Of a stretch of 55,896 nt of DNA, positions 34,522 through 43,775 are shown in pieces; the first letter of the stretch is position 1, and each line of letters begins with the position of its first letter. Source of the DNA: Solirubrobacterales bacterium. Lineage in GTDB: Bacteria; Actinomycetota; Thermoleophilia; Solirubrobacterales; 70-9. The notes under the pieces were generated by a model, which did not search any database, had not been told where the DNA came from, and saw nothing but the letters and a program-made list of their open reading frames with translations. The position numbers were made by a program, and so were the translations under genes. The stretch is from positions 1 through 55,896 of the forward strand of contig DATNHC010000009.1 of NCBI GenBank assembly GCA_035605155.1, read 5' to 3'.

Positions 34522-35613
34522 CTAGGGCGACGACTTGTCCGGGCGAGAGACGTTGCCCTCGCCGGCTCCCTCCTGCTCCTCTGCCGCGGCCTCCTCCGGC
34601 GATGCGTGAATCACGCCGGTATGGATCGACCACCCCTCGCGCCGCCCCAACGCCGTCACCGCCCCCACATAAAGCACCTCGACCACCGTCAGCACCCCTC
34701 GCACGACGATCGCGATCAGCGAGCCGATCGCGAAGCTGTCGCCGGGCACGGCCACCTTCACCGCCCAGGCGAAGGCGGCGTCGCGGATGCCGAGCCCGGC
34801 CGGAGCCACCAGCGTGGCGAGAGCCGCCACGTAGCCGAAAGCCTGGGCTGAGCCGAGCACGAGTATCTCGCTGGGCGAGATGTCGCTGACCGAGCGCGCA
34901 ACGCAATAGATGCCGACCGCGATCACCCCCCAGTTGAGCGTGTAGAAGGCGAGCACGGCAATCACGCCGCGCAGCGGCATCGTCGCCGGCAACGGCTCGC
35001 GGCCGAAGGCGCGCAGCAGGCGATTCGCCAAGCGTCCGAAGACACGCGGATGCAGTGCCGTCAGGGCCAGCGGGATGAGCAGCAGCACCGCCCAGCGCCA
35101 TGGCTGGCCCTCGAGGTCGGGGTGGACGATCAGGAAGTAGGCGGCGACGCCAATCGCCGAGGTCGCCTGCAGCGCCTGTTCGTAGACGATGCTGGCGACG
35201 GTCAGCCGCCGCGGCACGCCGGCGCGCTCGGAGAGCAGCACGCGCCCGAGCACGTAGAGCACGCTGCCGGGCACATAGCGGGCCAAGAGCGGCTGCCCCC
35301 AGGCGACCTGGGACCGGCCCGCCCCCAGCCGGTAGCCGAGAAAGCGCAGGATCAGGTCCCAGCCGAGCGCGTTCAGCGCATAGAAGATCGGCAGCACGAC
35401 GAAGGCGGGGATCAACCAGCCGACGTGGAAGTGCACCCCCTCGTCCTTGATCTCGGCCCACTGGTCGACAACGGTGAGCACCAGGAAGCCGAAGACGAGC
35501 ACGGCGATGCCGAGCTGGATCGCGAGGCGGACACGCTTGCTGCGCGGTGGCCGCGCACCGATCTTCGAACCGGCCTCGCCGAGCCGGTGCAGGAGGGGCT
35601 GCTGGCGCTCCAC
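34522..35613 (-). CDS. Flippase-like membrane protein (LPG-synthase TM / UPF0104-like)
   Basis: Eight or so TM helices with a basic N-terminus. Resembles the MprF N-terminal domain family. No C-terminal aminoacyl-transferase domain is present. Confidence 0.6.
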   Translation of the reverse strand: MERQQPLLHRLGEAGSKIGARPPRSKRVRLAIQLGIAVLVFGFLVLTVVDQWAEIKDEGVHFHVGWLIPAFVVLPIFYALNALGWDLILRFLGYRLGAGRSQVAWGQPLLARYVPGSVLYVLGRVLLSERAGVPRRLTVASIVYEQALQATSAIGVAAYFLIVHPDLEGQPWRWAVLLLIPLALTALHPRVFGRLANRLLRAFGREPLPATMPLRGVIAVLAFYTLNWGVIAVGIYCVARSVSDISPSEILVLGSAQAFGYVAALATLVAPAGLGIRDAAFAWAVKVAVPGDSFAIGSLIAIVVRGVLTVVEVLYVGAVTALGRREGWSIHTGVIHASPEEAAAEEQEGAGEGNVSRPDKSSP

Positions 35614-35709
35614 GCTCGCACCTTATTAGCGCAGCTCACCGTGAGTTCGTCGTTCTTCGCTGAAATGGCGGCCAAAGGCGAAATCAGCGCGGGGCGGGAC
35701 AATGGAACG

Positions 35710-36705
35710 ATGGGCGAGTTCGAGCTGCTGGCCAAGGTGCGAGAACGGCTGCCGCCTGCCAACGCGCGCATTCGGCTCGGCTCGGGCGACGACGCTGCGG
35801 TCGCGGTTCCCGGTGGCGCCACGGCGACCTCAGTCGACGCCGTCGTTGAGGGCGTCCACTTCCGCCGCGGCAGGGCGACCCTCGCCCAGATAGGCCACAA
35901 GGCGCTCGCCACGGCGCTTTCCGACCTGGCGGCGATGGGCGCCGAGCCCGGCGAGGCCTATGTGGTGCTCGGCGTCCCCTCCGATCTCGGCGAGGAGGGA
36001 GCGCTGGAGCTGCTCGACGGGATGGCGACCCTCGCGGAGAAAACCGGGACGAGCCTGGCCGGCGGCGATCTCACTCGCTCCTCACAGCTGTTCCTCGCGA
36101 TCACCGTGGTCGGCCATGCGCCGGAGTCGAGCGCCTTCGTCACCCGCGGCGGCGCCCGCCCCGGCGACGTGCTCGTCGTCACCGGCGAGCTCGGCGGCGC
36201 CGCCGCCGGCTACCAACTGCTTACCGCCGCTCGATGCATTGAGCACACTGGGGTGTGCTCAATGCATCGAGCGGCAAGATTTCGGGCTCGGCAGCTCGAG
36301 CCGTGGCCGCGAGTTGGAGCCGGGCGCGCCCTTGCTGCGGCGGGCGCCACGGCGATGATCGATCTCAGCGACGGGCTTGGCGCCGACGCCCGTCACCTGG
36401 CGGAGAGCAGCTCAGTGGCGCTTCGCATCGACGCCGAGGCTCTGCCGATCGCCGCGGGCGTGCAGGAGATCGCCGCAGCGGCAGGATGGGATCCCCTTCA
36501 GCTAGCGACAAGCGGGGGCGAGGACTACGAGCTGCTGGCGAGCATCCCGCGCAAGCGGCTGGCCGCCGCCCAGCGCAGCGTCAGGGAGGCGGATGCGGGA
36601 CTTGCGCTGACCGAGATCGGCGAGGTCCTGGCGGGCGACGGAGTGGAGATCAGGCTGCCCGACGGCCGGCTTCTGGAGCCGGGGGGATTCGACCAGCTCG
36701 CATGA
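35710..36705 (+). CDS. thiL: Thiamine-monophosphate kinase
   Basis: Start at ATG 35710 (MGEFELLAKVRERL...GSGDDAAV), the typical ThiL N-terminus. AIR-synthase-like fold motifs (DAVVEGVHF, GGDLTRS, VVTGELGGAAAG, DLSDGL, GGEDYELL). The upstream 220 codons of the track ORF are antisense shadow. Confidence 0.85.
   Translation: MGEFELLAKVRERLPPANARIRLGSGDDAAVAVPGGATATSVDAVVEGVHFRRGRATLAQIGHKALATALSDLAAMGAEPGEAYVVLGVPSDLGEEGALELLDGMATLAEKTGTSLAGGDLTRSSQLFLAITVVGHAPESSAFVTRGGARPGDVLVVTGELGGAAAGYQLLTAARCIEHTGVCSMHRAARFRARQLEPWPRVGAGRALAAAGATAMIDLSDGLGADARHLAESSSVALRIDAEALPIAAGVQEIAAAAGWDPLQLATSGGEDYELLASIPRKRLAAAQRSVREADAGLALTEIGEVLAGDGVEIRLPDGRLLEPGGFDQLA
36226..36275. repeat. Perfect 23-bp-stem / 4-nt-loop palindrome embedded in the thiL coding sequence
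   Basis: GCCGCTCGATGCATTGAGCACAC-TGGG-GTGTGCTCAATGCATCGAGCGGC, checked base by base. Locally AT-richer than the surrounding gene. The reading frame continues through it (..AARCIEHTGVCSMHRAARF..). Confidence 0.9.
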
Positions 36706-36838
36706 AGCTCTCGCTGGTGAGCAGCTCGCGCACGCTGCGGCGGCTGAGCATCGCATCGGCGATCAGCGCGGGCTCGGGTTTGTAGGCCCCCGCGTCGACC
36801 AGGCTCTTCAGCTGTTGCGCTTGCATCCTGTCCCCCAT
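36650..36838 (-). CDS. Possible small FlgM-like anti-sigma factor (62 aa)
   Basis: MGDRMQAQQLKSLVDAGAYKPEPALIADAMLSR resembles the C-terminal FlgM signature (..I..G.Y.vd...iAd.ml). However, its 3' 56 nt overlap the end of thiL convergently, and GC3 bias decays in the tail. Confidence 0.3.
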   Translation of the reverse strand: MGDRMQAQQLKSLVDAGAYKPEPALIADAMLSRRSVRELLTSESFMRAGRIPPAPEAGRRAA

Positions 36839-36957
36839 ATCGGCTTTCCACAAAGGAGCCTTAGTAGTTGGTACTCGCACATCTGTCCAAACGACCGGAC
36901 CCGTGCCCCGGCGCACCGGCGCAATATGCGGATTTCGACAGTCAATATCCTTTTCCT

Positions 36958-37653
36958 ATGCCGAACGGGTCGACGCGCATCCTCCTCGTCGATGACGAGC
37001 AGTCGATTCAGACCCTGCTCAGCTATCCGTTGCGCAAGGACGGCTACCACGTCACCTCCGCTGAAGACGGTCGCGAAGCGCTCGATCGCTTCGCCGAGGC
37101 TCGCTTCGACCTGGTCATCCTCGACCTGATGCTGCCCAAGCTCGACGGCGTCGAAGTCTGTCGCGAGCTGCGCCAGCGCAGCCAGGTGCCGATCATCATG
37201 CTGACCGCCAAGGGCTCGGAGACCGACAAGGTCGCCGGCCTCGAGGTCGGCGCCGACGACTACATAACCAAGCCCTTCTCGATGCGCGAGTTCCGCAGCC
37301 GCGTGAAGGCCGCCCTGCGGCGCTCGCGGATGGCCGGCGAGCCGCCCGAGGAGGAGGAGATCGAGCATGGTGACCTGAAGGTCGACTATGGCCGTCGCAT
37401 GGTCACCCTGCGGGGCGAAGAGGTGCGCGTCACCTACGTCGAGTTCGAGATACTCGGCGCGCTGGCTCGCTCCCCTGGACGTGTGCTCAGTCGCGAGACC
37501 CTGCTCGAGCACGTCTGGGGGGACTCCGAGTACCGCGACCCGCGCACCGTCGACGTCCACATCCGGCACCTGCGCGAGAAGCTCGAGCGCGACCCCAAGG
37601 AGCCGGAGTACCTCTTCACGGTGCGCGGCGTCGGCTACCGCTTCCGGGAGTAG
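36958..37653 (+). CDS. OmpR/PhoB-family response regulator
   Basis: Start at ATG 36958 (MPNGSTRILLVDDEQSIQ). Receiver Asp (LVILDLMLP). Winged-helix C-terminus (LFTVRGVGYRF). Confidence 0.9.
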   Translation: MPNGSTRILLVDDEQSIQTLLSYPLRKDGYHVTSAEDGREALDRFAEARFDLVILDLMLPKLDGVEVCRELRQRSQVPIIMLTAKGSETDKVAGLEVGADDYITKPFSMREFRSRVKAALRRSRMAGEPPEEEEIEHGDLKVDYGRRMVTLRGEEVRVTYVEFEILGALARSPGRVLSRETLLEHVWGDSEYRDPRTVDVHIRHLREKLERDPKEPEYLFTVRGVGYRFRE

Positions 37654-37659
37654 CGCTCA

Positions 37660-38730
37660 GTGCGGCGCATCAGGCTGACCACGCTCACCAACCGCATCAC
37701 CATGCTCGCGGTGACGGTCTCCGCCGGGACAGCCTTTCTGATCTACGTCTATACGGTCGCTATCGGCGGGGCCGCCAGCGGCCTCGGCGTGGTCAAGGGT
37801 CAGATCGCGATTGCCGGCCTGCTCGCCGTGCTGATCGCCACGGCGGTGGGCATCTACTACGCGCGGGTGGCGGGCGGCAACATCCGCCGTCTCCAGGACG
37901 CGGCGCGAAAAGTCGCGGATGGCAACTTCGAAACGCCGATCCCGATCTCCTCAGTCGGCCAGCTCGGCCAGTTGACCCGCACGTTCAACGAGATGCAACG
38001 CCGCCTGGCCGAGCTCGACAACGCGCGCAAGCACTTCATCGCCAACGCCTCGCACGAGCTGCGCACGCCGATCTTCAGCCTCGGCGGCTTCGTCGAGCTG
38101 CTCGAGGAAGAGGACCCCAGCCCGGAGGAGCGGGCCGAGTTCGTGCGCACGATGCGCCAGCAGATCGAGCGGCTGACCAAGCTCACGACTGACCTGCTCG
38201 ACCTCTCCCAGCTCGACGCCGGCGCCGTCGCGATCGAGAGTCGCAGCGTCGACCTCGGCTCGCTGGCTCGCGAAGTGATACGCGAGTTCGCGCCGCGCGC
38301 CGACCGGCACGGCTCGCGCCTCGAGCTGCGCACTCCCGAGCAGCCTGTGATCGCCAGCGGCGACCCCGACCGAGTGCGCCAGGTGATCCGTATCCTCCTC
38401 GACAATGCCCTCACGCACACCCCGGAGGGCACCAAGGTGACCGTGACCACCTACTCCGTCAACCGCCGCGCCGAGCTGACCGTCTCCGACGACGGCCCCG
38501 GCATCCCGCGCCGCGCCCACGGCCGCATCTTCGAGCGCTTCTACACGGCCGACTCGGCAGGCGGCTCGGGTCTTGGCCTGGCGATCGCTCGCGAGCTCGC
38601 TCAGCGCATGGAGGGAAGGATCGCGGTCGCCTCGACCAAGCGCTTCACCGCCTTCACCCTGGACCTGCCGCACTCACGTGCCGGGTTGCCGGCGCGGGCC
38701 GCGACGCTGCCCTCCAGAGCGGCCGCGTGA
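37660..38730 (+). CDS. Sensor histidine kinase (TM-HAMP-HisKA-HATPase)
   Basis: Two TM helices. HAMP-like linker. H-box FIANASHELRTP. N/G boxes (LLDNALTHTP; DDGPGIP; GGSGLGLAIAREL). Confidence 0.9.
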   Translation: MRRIRLTTLTNRITMLAVTVSAGTAFLIYVYTVAIGGAASGLGVVKGQIAIAGLLAVLIATAVGIYYARVAGGNIRRLQDAARKVADGNFETPIPISSVGQLGQLTRTFNEMQRRLAELDNARKHFIANASHELRTPIFSLGGFVELLEEEDPSPEERAEFVRTMRQQIERLTKLTTDLLDLSQLDAGAVAIESRSVDLGSLAREVIREFAPRADRHGSRLELRTPEQPVIASGDPDRVRQVIRILLDNALTHTPEGTKVTVTTYSVNRRAELTVSDDGPGIPRRAHGRIFERFYTADSAGGSGLGLAIARELAQRMEGRIAVASTKRFTAFTLDLPHSRAGLPARAATLPSRAAA

Positions 38731-39863
38731 AACGGCGCGCCCTCGGCGTGGCGTTGGCACTGGGCTTGGCGCTCAGCGGCTGCGGCAGCTCAGACGGCGG
38801 TGGATCGGCTTCGACCGCGACCAGCGAGGGGCTCCAGCGGCAACGGCCGCAGATCGTCGTGCAGGCCGCGGCGCTCGGCTTCGACGCCGCAGAGGTCTAC
38901 CGCGAGGCGTCGCCCGGCGTCGTCACGATCCGCTCGGTCTTCGGCGGCAGCGCCGGCGCGGCCGAGGGCTCCGGCTTCGTCCTCGACACCGATGGCCAGA
39001 TCGTCACCAACGCCCATGTGGTCACCAACGGCGAAGGAGCCAACCGCGAGCCGGCCGATGCGGTCTACGTCGAGTTCCCGGACCGCAACATCGTTGACGC
39101 CGAGATCGTCGGCTTCGATCCATTCGCCGACGTTGCCCTCCTGCAGATCGAGCCGGACGGGTTCGACCTGAAACCCCTGCAGCTCGGCGACGACCAAGAC
39201 CTGGTGGTCGGCCAGCCGGTGGCGGCGATCGGCAGCCCCTTCGGCGAGCAGCAGTCGCTTTCGCTGGGGATCGTCTCGGCCACCGACCGCTCGGTCGAAT
39301 CGCTGACCCGCTTCCAGATCGAGGGCGCAATCCAGACCGACGCCTCGATCAACCCCGGCAACTCGGGCGGACCGCTGCTCGACGCCAGCGCCCGCGTGGT
39401 CGGCATCAACCAGCAGATCGAGACCAGCTCCGGCGCCAACGACGGAGTCGGCTTTGCGGTGCCGATCTCAACCGTGAAGCGCTCCATTGCCCAGCTTAAG
39501 CGCGGCGGCGAGGCCGAGTACGCCTACATCGGCGTCTCCAGCCAGGCGCTCTACCCGCAGCTCGCCGAGAAGCTCGGCCTCGACACCGAGTACGGGGGGT
39601 TGATCGCCGAAGTCGTTCCCGGCGGGCCCGCTGAGGAGGCGGGGTTGCGCGGCGGCGAGGACAAACTGCGCTTCCAGGCGGCCGGCTTCACCACCGGCGG
39701 GGACGTGATCCTTGCCGTCGAGGGCCGCAGGATGGTCGACCCCGACGACCTTGCCTTCATCGTCTCGACCTACGAGCCGGGCGAAACCGTGACCCTCGAG
39801 GTGCTTCGCGACGGTCGCCGCGAGGAGGTCGAGGTGACCCTCGGCAGGCGTCCCGGCGGCTGA
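38727..39863 (+). CDS. HtrA/DegP-family serine protease with PDZ domain (PepD-like); lipoprotein-type N-terminus
   Basis: LALSGCGSS lipobox. Catalytic triad context (TNAHVV; DVALLQI; GNSGGPLLD). C-terminal PDZ. GTGA overlap with the kinase stop. The RR-HK-HtrA order mirrors mprA-mprB-pepD-type cassettes. Confidence 0.9.
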   Translation: MKRRALGVALALGLALSGCGSSDGGGSASTATSEGLQRQRPQIVVQAAALGFDAAEVYREASPGVVTIRSVFGGSAGAAEGSGFVLDTDGQIVTNAHVVTNGEGANREPADAVYVEFPDRNIVDAEIVGFDPFADVALLQIEPDGFDLKPLQLGDDQDLVVGQPVAAIGSPFGEQQSLSLGIVSATDRSVESLTRFQIEGAIQTDASINPGNSGGPLLDASARVVGINQQIETSSGANDGVGFAVPISTVKRSIAQLKRGGEAEYAYIGVSSQALYPQLAEKLGLDTEYGGLIAEVVPGGPAEEAGLRGGEDKLRFQAAGFTTGGDVILAVEGRRMVDPDDLAFIVSTYEPGETVTLEVLRDGRREEVEVTLGRRPGG

Positions 39864-39899
39864 GCGACGCCCGACCGCCGCTGCCTGTAGAACTCCCGG

Positions 39900-41138
39900 A
39901 TGCTTCAGGAAGTCTCGCTCGGCCAAAAGTCCCTCGCCGACTACACCCACATCGCCGGCAAGGAGACGATCGAACGCATCCGTGAGCTGGCCGAGCCGAT
40001 GAAGGGCCACCGCGTGCTGCACGTCAGCGCCACCGCCTTCGGCGGCGGCGTCTCGGAGATCCTCTACACGATCGTGCCGCTGATGCGCGACATCGGCATC
40101 GACGCTCACTGGCACGTGATCTTCGGCAAGGAGGAGTTCTTCAACGCAACCAAGCTCCTGCACAACTCGCTGCAGGGCGCCGAGGAGACCCTCAGCGACG
40201 AGCAGTGGCAGGTCTTCGACGAGATCAACGCGATCAACGCCGACGGTCTGCAGGGTGAGTGGGACACGGTCATCGTCCACGACCCGCAGCCGATCGGCTT
40301 GCGCAGAGGTGCAGAGCGGAAGGGTCGCAACTGGATCTGGCGCTGCCACATCGACCTCTCCGAGCCCAACCCGGCCCCGATCGCTCGCCTGCTGCCGATG
40401 ATCGAGGAGTACGACGCGACCGTCTGGCACCTGCCTGCCTATGTCCCGCAGGGGGTCAACGGACACAACGGGGTGAAGATCATCCCGCCGGCGATCGACC
40501 CGCTCTCACCGAAGAACATGGCCTTCTCGCCCGATGACGCGGCCTTCGTCTGCCGCCAGTTCGGGATCGACGTCGACCGGCCGCTGCTGACCCAGGTCTC
40601 GCGCTTCGACCCCTGGAAGGACCCGATGGGGGTGATCGACGCCTACCGCATCGTCCACGAGCAGATGCCGGACGTGCAGCTCGCCCTGGTCGGCTCGATG
40701 GCGACTGACGACCCCGAGGGTTGGGAGTTCTTCCAGCACACCTTCGAGTACGCCGATGGCGACGACGACATCAAGATCCTCAACAACCTCAACAACGTCG
40801 GCGCGATCGAGGTAAACGCCTTCCAATCGCAATCCGACGTCTGCTTGCAGAAGTCGATCCGCGAGGGCTTCGGCCTGACGGTCACCGAGGCGCTCTGGAA
40901 GGGACGGCCGACGGTGGCCGGCAACGTCGGCGGCATCCCCCTGCAGATCGCCGACGGGGAGAGCGGCTACCTGGTCAACTCGCCCGAGGAGTGCGCGCAG
41001 CGCTGCTTGCAGATCCTCGCCGATCCCGAACTGGGCATGCGTCTCGGGCGGGCGGGCAAGGAACACGCCCGCCAGGAGTTCCTCTCGCCGCGCCTCCTGC
41101 GCGACTGGGTCGAACTGCTGAGCGAGCTCGATACCTGA
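39900..41138 (+). CDS. treT: Trehalose glycosyltransferring synthase (TreT-type GT4)
   Basis: Collinear with my recollection of archaeal/thermophile TreT: LADYTHIAGKETIERIRELAEP..VLHVSATAFGGGVSEIL, WRCHIDLSEPN, LTQVSRFDPWKDP, DDPEGWEFF, IEVNAFQ, SIREGFGLTVTEALWKGRP. Confidence 0.8.
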   Translation: MLQEVSLGQKSLADYTHIAGKETIERIRELAEPMKGHRVLHVSATAFGGGVSEILYTIVPLMRDIGIDAHWHVIFGKEEFFNATKLLHNSLQGAEETLSDEQWQVFDEINAINADGLQGEWDTVIVHDPQPIGLRRGAERKGRNWIWRCHIDLSEPNPAPIARLLPMIEEYDATVWHLPAYVPQGVNGHNGVKIIPPAIDPLSPKNMAFSPDDAAFVCRQFGIDVDRPLLTQVSRFDPWKDPMGVIDAYRIVHEQMPDVQLALVGSMATDDPEGWEFFQHTFEYADGDDDIKILNNLNNVGAIEVNAFQSQSDVCLQKSIREGFGLTVTEALWKGRPTVAGNVGGIPLQIADGESGYLVNSPEECAQRCLQILADPELGMRLGRAGKEHARQEFLSPRLLRDWVELLSELDT

Positions 41139-41151
41139 GCGTTGCGGCGTC

Positions 41152-42615
41152 CTAGCCGACGGGCTCGCGCAGCTCGGCGATGTCGGCCAGCTGCTCGTCG
41201 ACCCAGTCGCCGGGGTTGCGCGCGAAGACCAGCTCCTTGAGGTGCTGGGCACGCATCTTGCGCTCCTCGGGGCTCATGGTCAGCGCCCGGTAGATCGCGT
41301 CTGCCTGCTCCTGGATGTCGAAGGGGTTGACCGAGAGGGCCGAGTCCGCCAGTTCCTCGTGCGAGCCGGTGTTCTCGGAGAGGATCAGCACCCCGTCGCG
41401 GGTGTTGACCGCCGGCGCCTCCTTGGCAACCAGGTTCATGCCGTCGAAGAGCGAGTTGACCATCAGCAGGTCGAAGTGCTTGTAGCGGGCAACCGCCTCG
41501 GGGAAGTTCTCGTAGATCTTCAGGTCGATCGGCATCCAATCGGTGGTCCCGTGGCGATGGTTGACGACCGCCACCAGAGCCTCGATCCGCTCCAGATACT
41601 CGACGTACTCGGGCACGTCCTGACGCGAGGGTTGCAGGTGCGCGATGAAGGTGACCTGTTCGCGGAACTCCGGGTGCTGAGTGAGGAAGACGTCGAAGGC
41701 AGTGAAGCCGCGCAGCACGTTCTTCGAGAGGTCGGCGCGGTCGACGCGGATGATCAGGTACTTGCGCCGGCGCTCCAGCACCTCGCGCTCGGCCGTCGCC
41801 ACCTGCGGCGATTCAGCCGCGCGTCGCAGGCGCTCGGCGTCGATCGAGAGCGGGTAGGCCCGGGTCCGGGTCTCGCCCCCGGCGTGGTTGACGATGCCGT
41901 GCTCGTAGTCGACGTCGACCTCGAGCAGTTCGTCGCAGCAGCGGATGAAGTTGATGCAGTAGGCGTGCGTGTGGAAGCCGATGATGTCGTTGGCGAGCAT
42001 GCCGCGGAAGATCGCCTCGCGGATCCTTCCCGGCAGGATGCGCCAGCTGTCGGGCTGGGACCAGGGGATGTGGACGAAGTGGTGGAGGAAGGCATCGGGG
42101 CGGGCGGCGCGGATCATTCCCGGCGCGGTGTAGAGGTGGTAGTCGTGCAGCATCACCAGCGGCCGCTCGCGCCCCTCGATCTGGCCCAGCACCGCCTCGG
42201 CGATGTCGCGGTTGACCGCCTGGTAGCCGAGGTCCCAGGCGTCGAGCTCCTGCTGGCGGATATCCGGCGCGTTGGAGAGATCCCAAAGGTAGTGCTGGAT
42301 GAACCAGAGGATCGGGTTGGCGATTACGTTGTAGAACCGGTCGTAGGCTTCGGCGTCGGAGCCGACCAGCAGCACGCGGTACTCGATGCCGTCGATCGAG
42401 AGCTCGACCGGTCCGCCGCGCTCCTCGGAGACAGCGACGTCCTCGTCGGTCATCGCCGAGGCGATCCAGAGCGCATCGCGGTGCGAGACGAGCCCCGAGA
42501 GCGCGGTGACCAGGCCGCCGCCGCCGCGGCGCACGGTGCGCTCGCCGTTCTCGTCGAGCTCGAACTGGGCCGGCCCCCGGTTGGAGACGATGATCAGCGG
42601 TTCGCCGTTGGCCAT
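41152..42615 (-). CDS. otsA: Alpha,alpha-trehalose-phosphate synthase (GT20)
   Basis: LIIVSNRGP, GGLVTAL, LWIASA, NPILWFIQHYLWD, FVHIPW, MPIDL..., NSLFDGMNLVAKE are hallmark OtsA blocks. Confidence 0.9.
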   Translation of the reverse strand: MANGEPLIIVSNRGPAQFELDENGERTVRRGGGGLVTALSGLVSHRDALWIASAMTDEDVAVSEERGGPVELSIDGIEYRVLLVGSDAEAYDRFYNVIANPILWFIQHYLWDLSNAPDIRQQELDAWDLGYQAVNRDIAEAVLGQIEGRERPLVMLHDYHLYTAPGMIRAARPDAFLHHFVHIPWSQPDSWRILPGRIREAIFRGMLANDIIGFHTHAYCINFIRCCDELLEVDVDYEHGIVNHAGGETRTRAYPLSIDAERLRRAAESPQVATAEREVLERRRKYLIIRVDRADLSKNVLRGFTAFDVFLTQHPEFREQVTFIAHLQPSRQDVPEYVEYLERIEALVAVVNHRHGTTDWMPIDLKIYENFPEAVARYKHFDLLMVNSLFDGMNLVAKEAPAVNTRDGVLILSENTGSHEELADSALSVNPFDIQEQADAIYRALTMSPEERKMRAQHLKELVFARNPGDWVDEQLADIAELREPVG

Positions 42616-42656
42616 GTGGTCACCCTACCCGCGAGCCTCACTGGCTCACGCAAGGG

Positions 42657-43136
42657 CTAGTGCGGGGCGAACTCGATCGAGCCGTCTTCGGGCGCAGCAG
42701 GTGCGGGTGTGGGTTCAGGAGAAGGTGGCACGACCGACGAGGGTTCAGGCGGGGACGCAGGGATCGGTTCAGGGTCGGGGGGACTTGCGGGCGGGTCCTG
42801 TCGCGGGGTGGGGGTGCTCGGCTTGGGCTGCGCGCTTCTTCGGGCAGAGGGACGAGACGGGCGCCGCTTCGGAGCCTTGCCCTCAGAAGCCTCCGCCCGG
42901 CGCCGACCACCCCCACCCCGCACCACCCGCCCGAGGTTCCGTCGAGGCCGAACCTCACGCGACCTCTCGACTGCAAGCGTCGGTGCCACCCCGACACGCG
43001 GGAGCCCAACGTCAGGCGCCAGCGGCGGTGGCTCAGGTGGCTGGAGCAGCTCGGGGCCAAGTTGAAACGCCAGAAGCACGAAAGCTCCACAAGCCAAGGC
43101 CCCGGCGGCCTGCGACCAGCGAACACGGAAGCTCAT
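42657..43136 (-). CDS. Pro-rich, N-terminally anchored hypothetical protein
   Basis: One TM (ALACGAFVLLAFQL), then a low-complexity P/R/E-rich sequence. Lies upstream of and co-directional with otsA. Coding status is uncertain (low complexity, mixed third-position usage). Confidence 0.4.
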   Translation of the reverse strand: MSFRVRWSQAAGALACGAFVLLAFQLGPELLQPPEPPPLAPDVGLPRVGVAPTLAVERSREVRPRRNLGRVVRGGGGRRRAEASEGKAPKRRPSRPSARRSAQPKPSTPTPRQDPPASPPDPEPIPASPPEPSSVVPPSPEPTPAPAAPEDGSIEFAPH

Positions 43137-43325
43137 CCTGGTCTAAGGCTCCAGCCGGGTGAACTTCTCCCTCTGTCGGTGGGGGGGCTGGGTGCCGCTC
43201 CCCGCGGCTTGTACTTTTCCGCCTGCTACCCCTCCGTGAGAGTCGCCCTACTCACATGCGGAAAAGTTGAGCGGGGAGTGGTACCCAGCGCCCCACCCGA
43301 CACCGGCTATAGTCCCTCGCCGCTT

Positions 43326-43775
43326 TTGGCAGCCCCACGCGAATACGAGCTTGTCCTGATGCTTGACCCCGGCCCCGACGAGGCCGGGCGCGACGCGCTG
43401 GCGCAGGACGTGCGCAGCCGCATCGAGGGCAAGGGGGCGCTGAAGCACGAGAACAACTGGGGCCTTCGCAAGATGGCCTACGAGATCGAGCAGCGCACCG
43501 AGGCCGACTACCGCTGGTTCCGCTTCGAGGCCCCGTCCGATTTGCTCGACGAGCTCAACCACAATCTGCGGATCGCCGACGGCGTGCTGCGCTTTCGCAT
43601 CTTCAAAGTCGACGCCGACGCGCCGGTGATGGTGCCGCCCGCCGTGGCAGCTCCAGTGCATGGCTCGCGCGAGCGGCCGGCGCAGGGCGGCCGTCCCTCC
43701 GTCTCCACCCAGGAGTCGGAGACCGAGGATGCCCCTGACGTGGCCGTCGAAGAGTCACCCGCGCCCGCCGAGTAG
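43326..43775 (+). CDS. rpsF: 30S ribosomal protein S6 (with acidic C-terminal extension)
   Basis: ..REYELVLMLDPG...HENNWGLRKMAYEIEQRTEADYRWFRFEA.. is the canonical S6 core. Start is uncertain (TTG 43326 or ATG 43359). The 220 upstream codons of the track ORF are shadow. Confidence 0.85.
   Translation: MAAPREYELVLMLDPGPDEAGRDALAQDVRSRIEGKGALKHENNWGLRKMAYEIEQRTEADYRWFRFEAPSDLLDELNHNLRIADGVLRFRIFKVDADAPVMVPPAVAAPVHGSRERPAQGGRPSVSTQESETEDAPDVAVEESPAPAE

Noticed and set aside
35050-35709. 220-codon N-terminal extension of the thiL ORF (track ORF 35050..36705)
   Set aside because: It is antisense to the membrane-protein gene 34522..35613 and has Arg/Gln/Asp-rich nonsense-like sequence. A canonical ThiL N-terminus begins at ATG 35710.
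42660-43325. N-terminal extension of the rpsF ORF and other long ORFs across 42386..43162
   Set aside because: The S6 homology starts at ~43326. The upstream part is Arg/Gly-rich shadow overlapping the Pro-rich minus-strand ORF.
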